A stretch of 64,000 bases of DNA from a virus. The stretch is from positions 32,001 through 96,000 of IMG/VR virus record IMGVR_UViG_3300027280_000002; one strand, 5' to 3'. Below, one piece after another: positions 18,625 through 28,942 of the stretch (positions are counted from its first letter, which is position 1; every line of letters begins with the position of its first letter). Position numbers and translations under genes: made by a program. Under the pieces are notes generated by a model. It was not told the origin of the DNA. It did no database searches and was given only the letters and a program-made list of their open reading frames with translations.

Positions 18625-19899
18625 ATGTCTGATAATTTACAGCCACAAGGTAACTTTGGCATCCAAGATACCGTAAATATGGGATCTGGAGATGCACAAT
18701 TGCTAAATGATTTAATGGCTCCAGAAACTGCAAGTGGCAGTCCTGAGACCGTTGAACCAATAATAAAAGAAACTGAAGATGTTATACCAGCTACACAGGC
18801 ACCGAAAGGTAAGGATATTATTCCTCCTAAAAGTGTAGATGGAAAAACAGATGAAGAAAAGCAAACAGGGGAATCTCTTATTTCTGATTTTTTAAGTAAT
18901 GATCCTGATGCAATTGAGGAAGAAGAAGTTGAAATTGATATACCTGAAGTCGAAGAACCTAAAGATGTTCTTGATGAAGTGGTAAACGATGAAGAAGCTG
19001 AAGTTGGTTCTGCAAACTTTGAAGCACTATCAAAAGATCTATTTGATCTAGGGGTGTTTAATAAAGAAGAAGGAGAAGAAGTAAGCATTGAAACTCCTGA
19101 AGATTTTTTAGCTCGATTTGAATCTGAAAAGAAAAAAGGAGCACAAAGTTTAGTCCAAGACTTTATAGGTCAATTTGGAGAAGATTATCAAAATGCATTT
19201 GAGTCCATCTTTGTAAAAGGTGTAGATCCAAAAGAATACTTTGGAGCATATAACCAGATAGTAAATTTCTCTGAAATGGATCTATCCAAAGAAAACAATC
19301 AAAAGCAAGTAATGCGTGAAGCACTTCTTGCACAAGGATTTGAAAAAGAAGACATAGGTAAAGAAATAGAGAGATTAGAAAATTACGGTGATCTCGAAAC
19401 AGTATCTACTAGACATCATAAGGTGCTAGTAAAAAAGGAAGCTGCAAAGCTTGCGAAACTAGAAGCAAAGTCACAACAAGAGTTACAAGCAAAATCTGAT
19501 ATTAAAAATCAGTATGTAACAAATGTACAGGCTATACTTTCTGATAAAGTGAAAAATAAAGAGTTTGATGGTATACCTATTAACTCTAATTTAGCTAACG
19601 AACTACAAGACTTCTTAATAACAGATAAGTGGAAAACACCTACTGGAGAAACACTGACTGACTTTGATCGTTCTATTTTAGATTTGAAAAGACCTGAGAA
19701 CCATGAACAAAAAGTCAAAGTAGGTTTACTCCTTAAGATGTTAGAAAAAGATCCAACCTTATCAAGTATACAAAAAGCAGGCGTGACTAAAAAGTCAAAC
19801 AAGCTATTTGGAGAAGTTGCGAGACAAGTTACTAAATCAAAAACAGTTGCTTCAACTAAAACAACGAGTAAACAGAAACCAAATTCATGGTTCATATAA
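18625..19899 (+). CDS. Putative capsid scaffolding/assembly protein
   Basis: Very acidic N-terminus, coiled-coil; lies between portal and MCP. Confidence 0.65.
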   Translation: MSDNLQPQGNFGIQDTVNMGSGDAQLLNDLMAPETASGSPETVEPIIKETEDVIPATQAPKGKDIIPPKSVDGKTDEEKQTGESLISDFLSNDPDAIEEEEVEIDIPEVEEPKDVLDEVVNDEEAEVGSANFEALSKDLFDLGVFNKEEGEEVSIETPEDFLARFESEKKKGAQSLVQDFIGQFGEDYQNAFESIFVKGVDPKEYFGAYNQIVNFSEMDLSKENNQKQVMREALLAQGFEKEDIGKEIERLENYGDLETVSTRHHKVLVKKEAAKLAKLEAKSQQELQAKSDIKNQYVTNVQAILSDKVKNKEFDGIPINSNLANELQDFLITDKWKTPTGETLTDFDRSILDLKRPENHEQKVKVGLLLKMLEKDPTLSSIQKAGVTKKSNKLFGEVARQVTKSKTVASTKTTSKQKPNSWFI

Positions 19900-19928
19900 T
19901 AATTATTAATTAATAAAAAACGAATAAA

Positions 19929-21494
19929 ATGGCAATTCAAACAATCCCAGGTTTAACTGGTTTTACTTATGCACGAGTAGCGTCTATGGATGCACGTGCT
20001 GTAGGTAAACTTACAGATTCAAACCACTTAGAGTCTTTTCACTCTACTGAGCCTGCAGATTATGATAAAAAGATTATCAGTCTGTATACTCAATCTTCAT
20101 TGTATAGCAATGATTTCCTAGACATGATCAATAAGAGTACACCTTACTATATTGATACAAACAGTGATTCATGGAAATGGAACATTGCAGTACCTTACAA
20201 ATTCCCAAAAATTATTGACATTCCTAAATCTACGCAAGATACTATTGCTGCTACAGGTAAAGTAGGAATCGATGGACAAGAGTTCGAATTAATATTGAGT
20301 TCTAACGAATTCTCTAAGAATGCGATTATTTCTGTTGGTACACGTCAGTACGGACCACGTTTTTACGTGATCAAAGATCCACAACCATGGAACATGGGAT
20401 GGATATATAAATTTACACTTGTTAGTGATAACCCAACAGTAGATTTCGTTAATACTACATTTTTAACACAAGGTGTTGAATTAGAATTAGTAGATGCTGC
20501 AATTGGAGAATTCGATCAAGATTTATTAGGTCTTCCAAGATTAGGTGAAGAGATCACTATGTTTGAATCATTAGGTTCTGCATATGGATATGAGCACAAA
20601 ATTACGGAATGGGCTGATGATAAAATGTTAAGAGACTCTTCTGGGAAACCATTAGATATTTTAGTATATGCACCACAACGACGTAATCAACTTCCTTTAA
20701 GAAGAGAAGATGTTAAGTGGGAGCCGTTCATTGAATTCTGGATGCGTAAATCTATGTTAGAATTAAAAGTTAAACGTATGATCTGGGCTTCTCCAGGTAC
20801 AGTTAAGACTAATGGTTCTAAGCAAGAAGTAAAAAGAACTTCTGCTGGTGTATACCACAGAATGAGAAATAACGGAAACTTAGTACAATACAATAGAGGT
20901 GAATTCTCTGCAAACTTGATTCGTTCAGTATTTGGAGATTTATTCTACAGAAGAGTGGATGTTAAAGACCGTAGAGTTAAGATGTATACTAATGAGGCTG
21001 GATTCGATGTATTCCAACAAGCTCTTAAGAATGATGCACTTAATTCTGGACTTACTTTCATGGCAGATTCTGGAAACAGATATATGCAAGGTGAAGGACA
21101 GAATATCACTTATAACTTTGCATTTGACGCAATGGTTACAAGAGAAACAGGTCGTGTTGAATTGATTCACTTAAAAGAACTTGATTTACCACAAACTAAT
21201 TTAGAATTTGGACAAAACATGAAATCTACTCCAGTATTTATGGTGTTTGATGTTTCTCCACTATCTGATGGTGCAATGGTAAACAATATCCGTGAAGTTC
21301 GTATGAAGGGTGCACCTTCTATGACATGGGGTTATATTGATGGTACTCGTTCCCACTTAGGCTTTGCAAAGTCTCAAGGAATGCAGTCTGCTAACAAATT
21401 CCCAGGTTATGAATTATGGATGAAAGATCGATGTGATGTATTCATTGAAGATTTATCAAGAACTGTACTTATAGAAGAAATTCCACAGTTCTAG
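19929..21494 (+). CDS. Major capsid protein (crAss-like)
   Basis: 521 aa; position after the scaffold-like gene; codon use of a highly expressed gene (TTC/ATC/CGT). Confidence 0.85.
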   Translation: MAIQTIPGLTGFTYARVASMDARAVGKLTDSNHLESFHSTEPADYDKKIISLYTQSSLYSNDFLDMINKSTPYYIDTNSDSWKWNIAVPYKFPKIIDIPKSTQDTIAATGKVGIDGQEFELILSSNEFSKNAIISVGTRQYGPRFYVIKDPQPWNMGWIYKFTLVSDNPTVDFVNTTFLTQGVELELVDAAIGEFDQDLLGLPRLGEEITMFESLGSAYGYEHKITEWADDKMLRDSSGKPLDILVYAPQRRNQLPLRREDVKWEPFIEFWMRKSMLELKVKRMIWASPGTVKTNGSKQEVKRTSAGVYHRMRNNGNLVQYNRGEFSANLIRSVFGDLFYRRVDVKDRRVKMYTNEAGFDVFQQALKNDALNSGLTFMADSGNRYMQGEGQNITYNFAFDAMVTRETGRVELIHLKELDLPQTNLEFGQNMKSTPVFMVFDVSPLSDGAMVNNIREVRMKGAPSMTWGYIDGTRSHLGFAKSQGMQSANKFPGYELWMKDRCDVFIEDLSRTVLIEEIPQF

Positions 21495-21505
21495 TAACAA
21501 TATCC

Positions 21506-21607
21506 GAGAAGTATCCCCTCACCCACACTGTCCCTCCTCAGAGGGGATAACTTTCTCAACAACCAGAGTGCTGAATTAACTTTCTACCTATTGAATTAGA
21601 GCACTCT
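21506..21607 (+). other. Tandem stem-loops downstream of the MCP gene
   Basis: GAGAAG-TATCCCCTC...GAGGGGATA-ACTTTCTC (21506-21557) and AGAGTGCT...AGCACTCT (21565-21607); no U-tract. Confidence 0.65.
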
Positions 21608-21647
21608 ACAAATAGTAATAAACCAAATAAATTAATTAAACTACATT

Positions 21648-22616
21648 ATGGGTAAATTAGGAAAAATCTCTACGATTAAAAGAGAGTATAATGGTAATCA
21701 ATTACAAACACTTCAAAGTGGCTTATCATCTCAAGGTATGACAAGAATTCCTGGAACAGGAGTTTTTAAATATCCTTATAAAGAATTAGATGGAAAATAC
21801 AGAACAGGACTAGATCCTGATGCTGGTTATATTAAACGCATAGCAGATCCAACTGAAAGAGAACTTGAAATCGAAAGAGTTACTGCTCTTAGAGACAGGT
21901 TACAATCATCATTGGGTGATATAGATTTAGGACCAAGAGCTAAGTTCTGGAATTACGGACTGTCTCAAGGAACTAATGATGATCTACATGTAAAATCTGT
22001 AAAACTTTTAGATGGTGATAATTTTTATGACTTAAGTGTTCCTATTCAAGAAATTTGTTTTGCTTGGCTGAGAGTACATCCAACTATTGCATCTTCATAC
22101 GGTGCATGGCAAAGAGGAGAATTTCCAGCTGATACACAGTTTTATGTTGTAAATGATGAAATTGAAAATCAACTTGTTTATAAAAAGAAACAGTCTATCA
22201 ACAAAGCAATTGTTAAGTTTGATGGAATGAGTCCAGAGAAGAAAAGAAAAGTCGGAAGGCTATTAGGACTTCCTGTAACAAACGAATCTAAAGAAGAAGT
22301 GGTTTACAATTTAGTAGACAACATGTTAAAAGAAACCGAAATGAAAGGTGGAACATTCCAAGGATTAAATCCTATAGAAGTATTTAACAGATTTGCTGAC
22401 ATGAAAGAAAATTTACTCCATATAAAAGATTTAATTAAACAAGCTATAACACACTCTATATATAGAATCAAACCAAGCGGTAAGGTTTATGAAGGAGAGT
22501 ACGAAGTAGCAATGGACGAAGAAGAATTAGTAAAATATATGATTGACGAAGATAATCAAGATGACTTACTAGTACTTGAAAAGAAATTGAAATCTAAAAA
22601 ACTAGCTTCTGTATAA
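21648..22616 (+). CDS. Conserved crAss-like virion-module protein, 322 aa
   Basis: Position after MCP in the conserved head block. Confidence 0.7.
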   Translation: MGKLGKISTIKREYNGNQLQTLQSGLSSQGMTRIPGTGVFKYPYKELDGKYRTGLDPDAGYIKRIADPTERELEIERVTALRDRLQSSLGDIDLGPRAKFWNYGLSQGTNDDLHVKSVKLLDGDNFYDLSVPIQEICFAWLRVHPTIASSYGAWQRGEFPADTQFYVVNDEIENQLVYKKKQSINKAIVKFDGMSPEKKRKVGRLLGLPVTNESKEEVVYNLVDNMLKETEMKGGTFQGLNPIEVFNRFADMKENLLHIKDLIKQAITHSIYRIKPSGKVYEGEYEVAMDEEELVKYMIDEDNQDDLLVLEKKLKSKKLASV

Positions 22617-22628
22617 GAAGTTAGTTTT
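22598..22628 (+). terminator. Putative intrinsic terminator overlapping a stop codon
   Basis: AAAACTAGCTTCT-GTATA-AGAAGTTAGTTTT. Confidence 0.5.
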
Positions 22629-22645
22629 AACAAACATAGTTAAAT

Positions 22646-23377
22646 ATGATACCAGTAGATAGTTTATTATATAAAATAGATCAAAAACTAAATAAACTAT
22701 CAACTAACGAGCACCAACAGATTGCATTAGAAGACAAAATCTTAAGCTTGAATGAAGCTCAGATTAAGTTGATAAAACAAAAAGTTGATGGTTTTAGTGT
22801 CCCTAACCGATTAGGTTATGATGCTTTTAAAAAAAGGTATGAGGATTTACAGAATCTAGTTATAGATTTTACAAATCAACCACTTACGTTAGAGGAATCT
22901 AACAAAGAATTAAATCAATGGGATGCAGATCTTACTCTCCTAACACCTAAATACATGTTTTATGTAGATAGCTATGTGTTAGCAGACAAAGGTAGATGCA
23001 AAAATCGAAAGATATGGATTAATAAAGATCTAAGTAAACATGGAGATCTATCTATTTTACTTAACAATGATCATTATAAACCAAGTTTTGAATATCAGGA
23101 AACCTTAAATGGCATATCCTCTAATTCAATAAGCATTTACACGGATGGAACTTTTACTCCCACAACTATACAAGTAATGTACATGAGATATCCTGTCTAT
23201 ATAAATAAGGCAGGATACATTATGTTAGATGGAACACCATCGACAGATGTAAATTGCGAACTAGAACTATACTTAGAAGATGAAATTGTAGATTTAACAG
23301 TTCAGAATCTAGCTATGTATACAGAGAATGCTGCTGCGGTTCAAAGTGCACAATTCAGAATTCAAACAAATGAATAA
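22646..23377 (+). CDS. Putative head-tail ring/adaptor protein
   Basis: LNEAQ near N-terminus, YMRYP...CEL...EIVDLTV; pattern and position of crAss-like ring proteins. Confidence 0.65.
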   Translation: MIPVDSLLYKIDQKLNKLSTNEHQQIALEDKILSLNEAQIKLIKQKVDGFSVPNRLGYDAFKKRYEDLQNLVIDFTNQPLTLEESNKELNQWDADLTLLTPKYMFYVDSYVLADKGRCKNRKIWINKDLSKHGDLSILLNNDHYKPSFEYQETLNGISSNSISIYTDGTFTPTTIQVMYMRYPVYINKAGYIMLDGTPSTDVNCELELYLEDEIVDLTVQNLAMYTENAAAVQSAQFRIQTNE

Positions 23378-23404
23378 TTATAACCCTAAAAAAAAGAATA
23401 AATT

Positions 23405-24541
23405 ATGAGTACATTCGCATTAACCACGTTATTCGTGGTGCCAGTAGGTCAGACAACTCTGCCTAGCACTGGTTCGACTCAAGACCTTACAAAAGGTCAA
23501 GTAGGATTTTTCAATAGCTCCTATGCTACAGTAAACGCTGGAACAATAGCTGCTTCTCCGTATTTCTACGTAGCACAAGGTAGAGAAAACACCTATTTAC
23601 AAGGATCAAAAAGATCTGACAAAATTAAAGGATGCCCAACAGCTGGTGCTTCTTGCAACTCTAACGTTACAGAATGGTACAAAGCTTCTGGTTGTGATAC
23701 TGCTGCTAACCAAATTACTGACGTTACAGACTTTAAAGTACAATGTGGTGAAATAGTAACATTAACACTACGTGCTTTTTCTAGTTATATTAATACTTTA
23801 TACTTCAACGGATTTACACGTTCAGTAACCGTACAAGCTCCATGTTGTGAATGTGGAGGTGATGTATGTACTGATGTTGACACTAACGCATTAATCAACT
23901 CTTTAATTGCTAAGTTAAACCAAAGCGCTCCTGGAGATAATCCAGATAACGTATCTTTTAAAAGTTTCTTTACTTTTGAAAATGTTGGTGGAACAATACT
24001 AAGAATCCACGGTAAACCATTAACTAAATATGGACAACCATGTGACGTTGCTGCATTCCCATTTGAATATGATAGAATGTACTTCAACACATTTATATAT
24101 GATGGACCAGCTACTACTGCTGATTTTATTGTTGCTGATTCTTGTAACATTGTTGCAACCTCTACCATAACTCAGACTTCTACATATCCTTCAGGACTTT
24201 CTGCTGAATGGAAACAAGCAGAAATTAATTACTATAGCTACCAAGCTGGGTATTTAAAATCTCTATATAGAATGGGTGGATACAACGAGAACTTTGAGTC
24301 TTATGTGACTGAAGGAACTGTATATGATAGCTACTATATTCGTTTTAATGAATATGATAAAGGAGCATACCAATGGGGTGACTATATCCATCAAGATTCT
24401 ATCGTGATGATTGCTGTCCCAAATGAAGCGTCAGTTGCTGGTATTGCTACTGCTGTAGAGGCTGTCTTAGTTGGAGCTTTAGGGCCTGTTGTTGATAACA
24501 ATGAGTGTATCACAACTACAACTACTACAACTGCTGCTTAA
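23405..24541 (+). CDS. Structural protein (auxiliary capsid/decoration-like) with poly-Thr tail
   Basis: Beta-rich 378 aa, PCCECGG, ends CITTTTTTTAA; followed by a terminator. Confidence 0.65.
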   Translation: MSTFALTTLFVVPVGQTTLPSTGSTQDLTKGQVGFFNSSYATVNAGTIAASPYFYVAQGRENTYLQGSKRSDKIKGCPTAGASCNSNVTEWYKASGCDTAANQITDVTDFKVQCGEIVTLTLRAFSSYINTLYFNGFTRSVTVQAPCCECGGDVCTDVDTNALINSLIAKLNQSAPGDNPDNVSFKSFFTFENVGGTILRIHGKPLTKYGQPCDVAAFPFEYDRMYFNTFIYDGPATTADFIVADSCNIVATSTITQTSTYPSGLSAEWKQAEINYYSYQAGYLKSLYRMGGYNENFESYVTEGTVYDSYYIRFNEYDKGAYQWGDYIHQDSIVMIAVPNEASVAGIATAVEAVLVGALGPVVDNNECITTTTTTTAA

Positions 24542-24574
24542 TAAAAAAGTATATATAATACAATACTAACCTAT

Positions 24575-24621
24575 AATACCAGAGGTGTGAGGATAATACT
24601 CAATCCTCTGGTATTTTTTTT
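24575..24621 (+). terminator. Rho-independent terminator
   Basis: AATACCAGAGG...CCTCTGGTATT followed by a T-run. Confidence 0.8.
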
Positions 24622-24631
24622 AAATAAATTT

Positions 24632-25198
24632 ATGGCAGCTAATTTTCAGTTAGATCTTATTGTTCCTCCAAGTTATAGTGTAAATCTACTTGCTGTTACA
24701 GATGCATCTGTCTATCCAGACAGCCCTCCTGTAGTATCAGCACCTAGTATTGAGATTCAAATTCCTGGATTTGGAACAAAGATAATCCCTTTTATACCTT
24801 TAGATACAAACATTTTTGCGTCAGATACCTTAGGCATTACTGAAGCTGGATGTAAACAACCTATTCCAGATGGAATTTACCATTTGAAATATTCGGTTGC
24901 ACCTTCATATTTAAACTATGTTGAGAAAACAATTATGCGCATAGACAAACTTCAAGAGAAATTTGACAATGCATTTTTAAAACTTAACATGATGGAGTGT
25001 GCTAGTGAAATAAAAACACAGTCAAGTGTTACATTAAATACAATTAATTTCTTTATTCAAGGCTCTGTAGCAGCTGCTAACAATTGTGCTGAAAAGGAAT
25101 CAACAACATTATATAATCAAGCTAGTAACATGCTTGATACATTTATAAAATCAAACTGTGGTTGTACAGGTAACAACTACACAATAAACTTTCATTAA
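24632..25198 (+). CDS. Structural protein (appendage/fibre docking candidate), 188 aa
   Basis: ATG 24632 after the terminator (track GTG start lies inside the hairpin); IPDGIYHLKY; C-terminal NCGC. Confidence 0.7.
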   Translation: MAANFQLDLIVPPSYSVNLLAVTDASVYPDSPPVVSAPSIEIQIPGFGTKIIPFIPLDTNIFASDTLGITEAGCKQPIPDGIYHLKYSVAPSYLNYVEKTIMRIDKLQEKFDNAFLKLNMMECASEIKTQSSVTLNTINFFIQGSVAAANNCAEKESTTLYNQASNMLDTFIKSNCGCTGNNYTINFH

Positions 25199-25200
25199 TT

Positions 25201-25299
25201 ATGGCGCAATGTGCAGGATGTGGAGCTCAGGTGGGATGTGGTTGTAGACTAAGTAACGGTCTATGCAGCACCTGTCAGCCCAAAGTAAATAAAAAGTAA
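25201..25299 (+). CDS. 32-aa six-Cys microprotein
   Basis: MAQCAGCGAQVGCGCRLSNGLCSTCQPKVNKK; fills the gap between two genes. Confidence 0.7.
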   Translation: MAQCAGCGAQVGCGCRLSNGLCSTCQPKVNKK

Positions 25300-25317
25300 A
25301 GTAAAAAAGTAAGACAT

Positions 25318-28300
25318 ATGTTATCACCAAGACTAACGAATTGTAAAGAATGTGCAAACATTCCTGATTTACTTAGAAAAATAGATTGTAAATTAGCAGA
25401 GCTAGGAAACAACTTATACAACAATGTTGTATTTATGTTGAACAGACCTATTGCTGTTAGTCAGATTTCAGAACTGTTAGTATACAAACGTGTACTAACT
25501 TTTCGTTATTGTGATACACATTATGCATCAGGATGTCCGGAGGTAAGTACAGAAGATATTGCAAGCAAGGTTATTCGTCTTACTGCTGGTTGTGTTTCAT
25601 TATGTAATGAACCTACAGTGTGTGAGATTACAACATGTGCTATAATTCCTTGTCCTAATCCAACAACAACAACTACAAGTACCTCTAGTACCAGCACTAC
25701 TACAACCACTAGCACCACAGCAACACCAACCACCACCACTACTACAACGATAACCCCAGATTGTAGAATAGAAGGATGCTTTGATATTATAGCTTTATCT
25801 ACTACAACTACTTCAACATCTTCAACATCTTCGACTACTACTACTAGTACAACTGTTGTACCGTTTGATTGTGCAGAGCCATTTAACTTAAGTTCTCCTG
25901 AAGCCTTTCCTAATGCTATCACTGGAAATGGAACTAAAGTATTGAGTAATGGAGTTTTGCTAACTACATCGTATACTCCAAATACGTTTAACCAACCTCC
26001 TATCTATGTAGCTGGCGTCCCAGGCACAACAGAAGTATGTAATGGAGCATATGTAACTTCTCAGTCTGGTGGACAAGGAACATTGTCAATGCGTGGAGGT
26101 TCAACTGTTGTAATGGACTTTAATCCTCCAATAAATGCTATAGCGCTTGTCACTCAGGGTTATGGTTCTAGTAAAGATCCATCAGCGCAAGAGACTGTGG
26201 TTATAACATCTACTGATGTAATTGTTGCTACTGAATTAACAGCATGTGGTGACTATGCAACAACACAAATAAGTCAAAATGAAATTAATTTAACTGGATC
26301 ACAAGCTCTTTATCCAAACTATTCTGCAGGAGTTACAGCAATTTCACCAATTAGTGGAGGTATAAGTCAATTACAAATTACAATTAACCCACCTGCTGAT
26401 GCATTAGCTGGTATTGGTTTTGATTTTTATGTATGTCCTGGCAGTAGTCCAATAACTACGACAACAACTAGCACGTCTAGTACAACTACTACTACAACAA
26501 GTAGTTCAACTAGTACAACTACTAGTACGACTACAATTGTACCAACAACAACTACAACTACAACAATTGCTGCATGTGTGGATTGTATTCCTAGTGATGT
26601 AACAATTGGAACACAAACCTGGAGTAAGTGTAATTTAAATGTTGATACATATTTAAATGGTGATCCAATTCCAGAAGTAACAGACCCAAGTGCTTGGGTA
26701 GGATTAACTACAGGAGCTTGGTGTTACCATAGCAATGATTCTGCAAATGAACCAACTTATGGAAAATTATATAATTGGTTTGCTGTTAATGATCCAAGAG
26801 GGTTAGCTCCTGCAGGTTATCATATTCCAACTAATGATGAACTAATTACATTAATTAATTATATTGACCCAGCTTCATCAGGAGGTGCAACTGTACCAAA
26901 TAATGCAGGAGGTCCATTAAAAGAAGTACAATTCTGTCATTGGGATGCACCTAATACTGCAGCAACAAATAGTTCAGGTTTCACAGGTCTTCCAGGAGGT
27001 TTTCGTGAGCCTCTCTCTGGGGTGTTTGGTGGTATTAATGAGGGTGGTACATGGTGGAGTAGTACAGACGAGATAGTAGGGCCTGATGCTTTTGCTTTTA
27101 GTTTATACAATAATCAGACTTGGGCGTATAGAAATGACTGGAATCAAAATCACGGTTATTCAGTTCGTCTAATAAAAGATACAGGAACTACAACAACCAC
27201 CACTTTAGCACCAACAACCACTACAACTAGTACATCTAGTACATCAACTACAACTAGTACAACAACTGTTGCTCCTACTACAACTAGTACAACAACTGTT
27301 GCTCCTACTACCACTACTACAACTACAGTGGTGGCACCAACAACAACTACAACCACAACGGTAACACCTACTACAACTACAACAACAACTATTACACCAC
27401 TAGTTGGATGTCTAGAGTTTGACTATTTAAGTCTTATAGTTAGTAGCGATTGGATTCTAGATCCACCTACTGACTCTCTATTTGCTCGAGCAGATTATTT
27501 TACAGGACCAACTACAAACACAACAAGTTATACCAACTGGTCTCAAGTTCCAAATACCAACTATGATGTAGTATTTAATATAGGAGGAGTAGACTATACA
27601 GCAGTGTATCAATTTATCAATGTTGGAACTGGAGGAGTTACTGTTCCTTATGGTAAATTTAGTGTTAACAGTGTCAACTTCTCAGCTATGTCTACATTCC
27701 AATTTTCAAAGATAGATGCAAATGGTAATGACTTATCATCAATACTTTCTACCTTTGATCATACAACTGGAGATGGTTATAAAGTTACTGCATATGGAGA
27801 TTGTACAACACCAACAACAACAACTACAACCACTGTAGCTCCAACAACAACAACTACAACCACCTTACCTGTTTTCCTTTGTACAGATCCACTACTAACA
27901 GTATCTTTACCTGATGGAATTGTAGGAGATCCACTGAATGGAAGTGTTGTATATGATGGACTCAATCTAGCTATAACTGGTTACACTTATGGTGGGGGTA
28001 ATACAACTGTATATATTGCTGGAACAGTTGCTTATACGCTTGCATTTATTGTTCCTTCAGGATATAGTAACTCAGGATCTGCTACTGGTTGCGCTGTTGC
28101 AGCAACTGGTACAACACCAACAACTACAACTACAACAACTGTTGCTCCTACTACTACAACTACAACCACTAGTGCAAAAAGCTACGATATTAATTGGCAA
28201 GTTGATGGAGGAGGAAATGGATTTAAAGAAGCAGAATTACAATTATTTAAAAATGGAGCGAGTGTAGTAACTCAAGTTATTACTAATGGCACGCCTTCGG

Positions 28301-28920
28301 TACAAGGATTGTTTTCAAGTTCTAACGGTGATGTTATTAATGCTAAACTTACTACTAAGAACTTAACAAGTGAAGAGACTCAAGTGCAGAATAGTTTTTC
28401 ATTGATAGGAGCAGGAGGTGGAGGTCTGCAAGAATTAGATACAGGTATACTACAACCACCTGCTGGTGGAGTCACAAATTCACTTGCGACTAGTTTTAGT
28501 ACTGGATATACTCAACCTGGTGTTACTAATGGTCCTTTATTATTATTTAAAGTAAATCAAGAACAAATAGCATCATCTGAAATTACTATGTCGCTTACTA
28601 ATAACGGTGCTAATTTTAACTTTGAAATAGAAGATAATGATCAGCCAGGTGATCCTGTAGTATTGAGTATACCAACAACTGGTCCACTTTGGAATGGTAA
28701 TTATTATTATGACTTCTTAGTTGGTAGAGAATATACAGTTACATTTCCATATTCAAACAACGAAGTTGGAGGTGTATCTACTGAACTAGTTATAAGCGGT
28801 GGTGGAATGACACCATTTAGCGATCAGGTGGATAATCCTTCTGGTTCAGTAAACACTATAACCCATACATTTACAGTATTAAATGCTACATCAATAGTAA
28901 TTGAAGCATTTGAATATTAA
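25318..28920 (+). CDS. Modular fibre/appendage protein with poly-Thr linkers and an internal Fib_succ_major domain
   Basis: Cys-rich N-terminus; multiple poly-Thr tracts; VTIGTQTW..NL, YGKLYNW, PAGYHIPT, SGFTGLPGG, WWSST, GYSVRLIKD (~26600-27180). Confidence 0.8.
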   Translation: MLSPRLTNCKECANIPDLLRKIDCKLAELGNNLYNNVVFMLNRPIAVSQISELLVYKRVLTFRYCDTHYASGCPEVSTEDIASKVIRLTAGCVSLCNEPTVCEITTCAIIPCPNPTTTTTSTSSTSTTTTTSTTATPTTTTTTTITPDCRIEGCFDIIALSTTTTSTSSTSSTTTTSTTVVPFDCAEPFNLSSPEAFPNAITGNGTKVLSNGVLLTTSYTPNTFNQPPIYVAGVPGTTEVCNGAYVTSQSGGQGTLSMRGGSTVVMDFNPPINAIALVTQGYGSSKDPSAQETVVITSTDVIVATELTACGDYATTQISQNEINLTGSQALYPNYSAGVTAISPISGGISQLQITINPPADALAGIGFDFYVCPGSSPITTTTTSTSSTTTTTTSSSTSTTTSTTTIVPTTTTTTTIAACVDCIPSDVTIGTQTWSKCNLNVDTYLNGDPIPEVTDPSAWVGLTTGAWCYHSNDSANEPTYGKLYNWFAVNDPRGLAPAGYHIPTNDELITLINYIDPASSGGATVPNNAGGPLKEVQFCHWDAPNTAATNSSGFTGLPGGFREPLSGVFGGINEGGTWWSSTDEIVGPDAFAFSLYNNQTWAYRNDWNQNHGYSVRLIKDTGTTTTTTLAPTTTTTSTSSTSTTTSTTTVAPTTTSTTTVAPTTTTTTTVVAPTTTTTTTVTPTTTTTTTITPLVGCLEFDYLSLIVSSDWILDPPTDSLFARADYFTGPTTNTTSYTNWSQVPNTNYDVVFNIGGVDYTAVYQFINVGTGGVTVPYGKFSVNSVNFSAMSTFQFSKIDANGNDLSSILSTFDHTTGDGYKVTAYGDCTTPTTTTTTTVAPTTTTTTTLPVFLCTDPLLTVSLPDGIVGDPLNGSVVYDGLNLAITGYTYGGGNTTVYIAGTVAYTLAFIVPSGYSNSGSATGCAVAATGTTPTTTTTTTVAPTTTTTTTSAKSYDINWQVDGGGNGFKEAELQLFKNGASVVTQVITNGTPSVQGLFSSSNGDVINAKLTTKNLTSEETQVQNSFSLIGAGGGGLQELDTGILQPPAGGVTNSLATSFSTGYTQPGVTNGPLLLFKVNQEQIASSEITMSLTNNGANFNFEIEDNDQPGDPVVLSIPTTGPLWNGNYYYDFLVGREYTVTFPYSNNEVGGVSTELVISGGGMTPFSDQVDNPSGSVNTITHTFTVLNATSIVIEAFEY
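27247..27311 (+). repeat. Perfect 30-bp tandem repeat (TTTSTTTVAP) in a Thr linker
   Basis: ACTACAACTAGTACAACAACTGTTGCTCCT twice plus partial copy; a 23-bp repeat also at 27811/27841. Confidence 0.9.
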
Positions 28921-28942
28921 TAACAAATAAAATAAAAAAATT

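Noticed and set aside
27240-28170. CRISPR-like array
   Set aside because: Repeats are in-frame Thr-codon tandem duplications without regular unique spacers; no cas genes.
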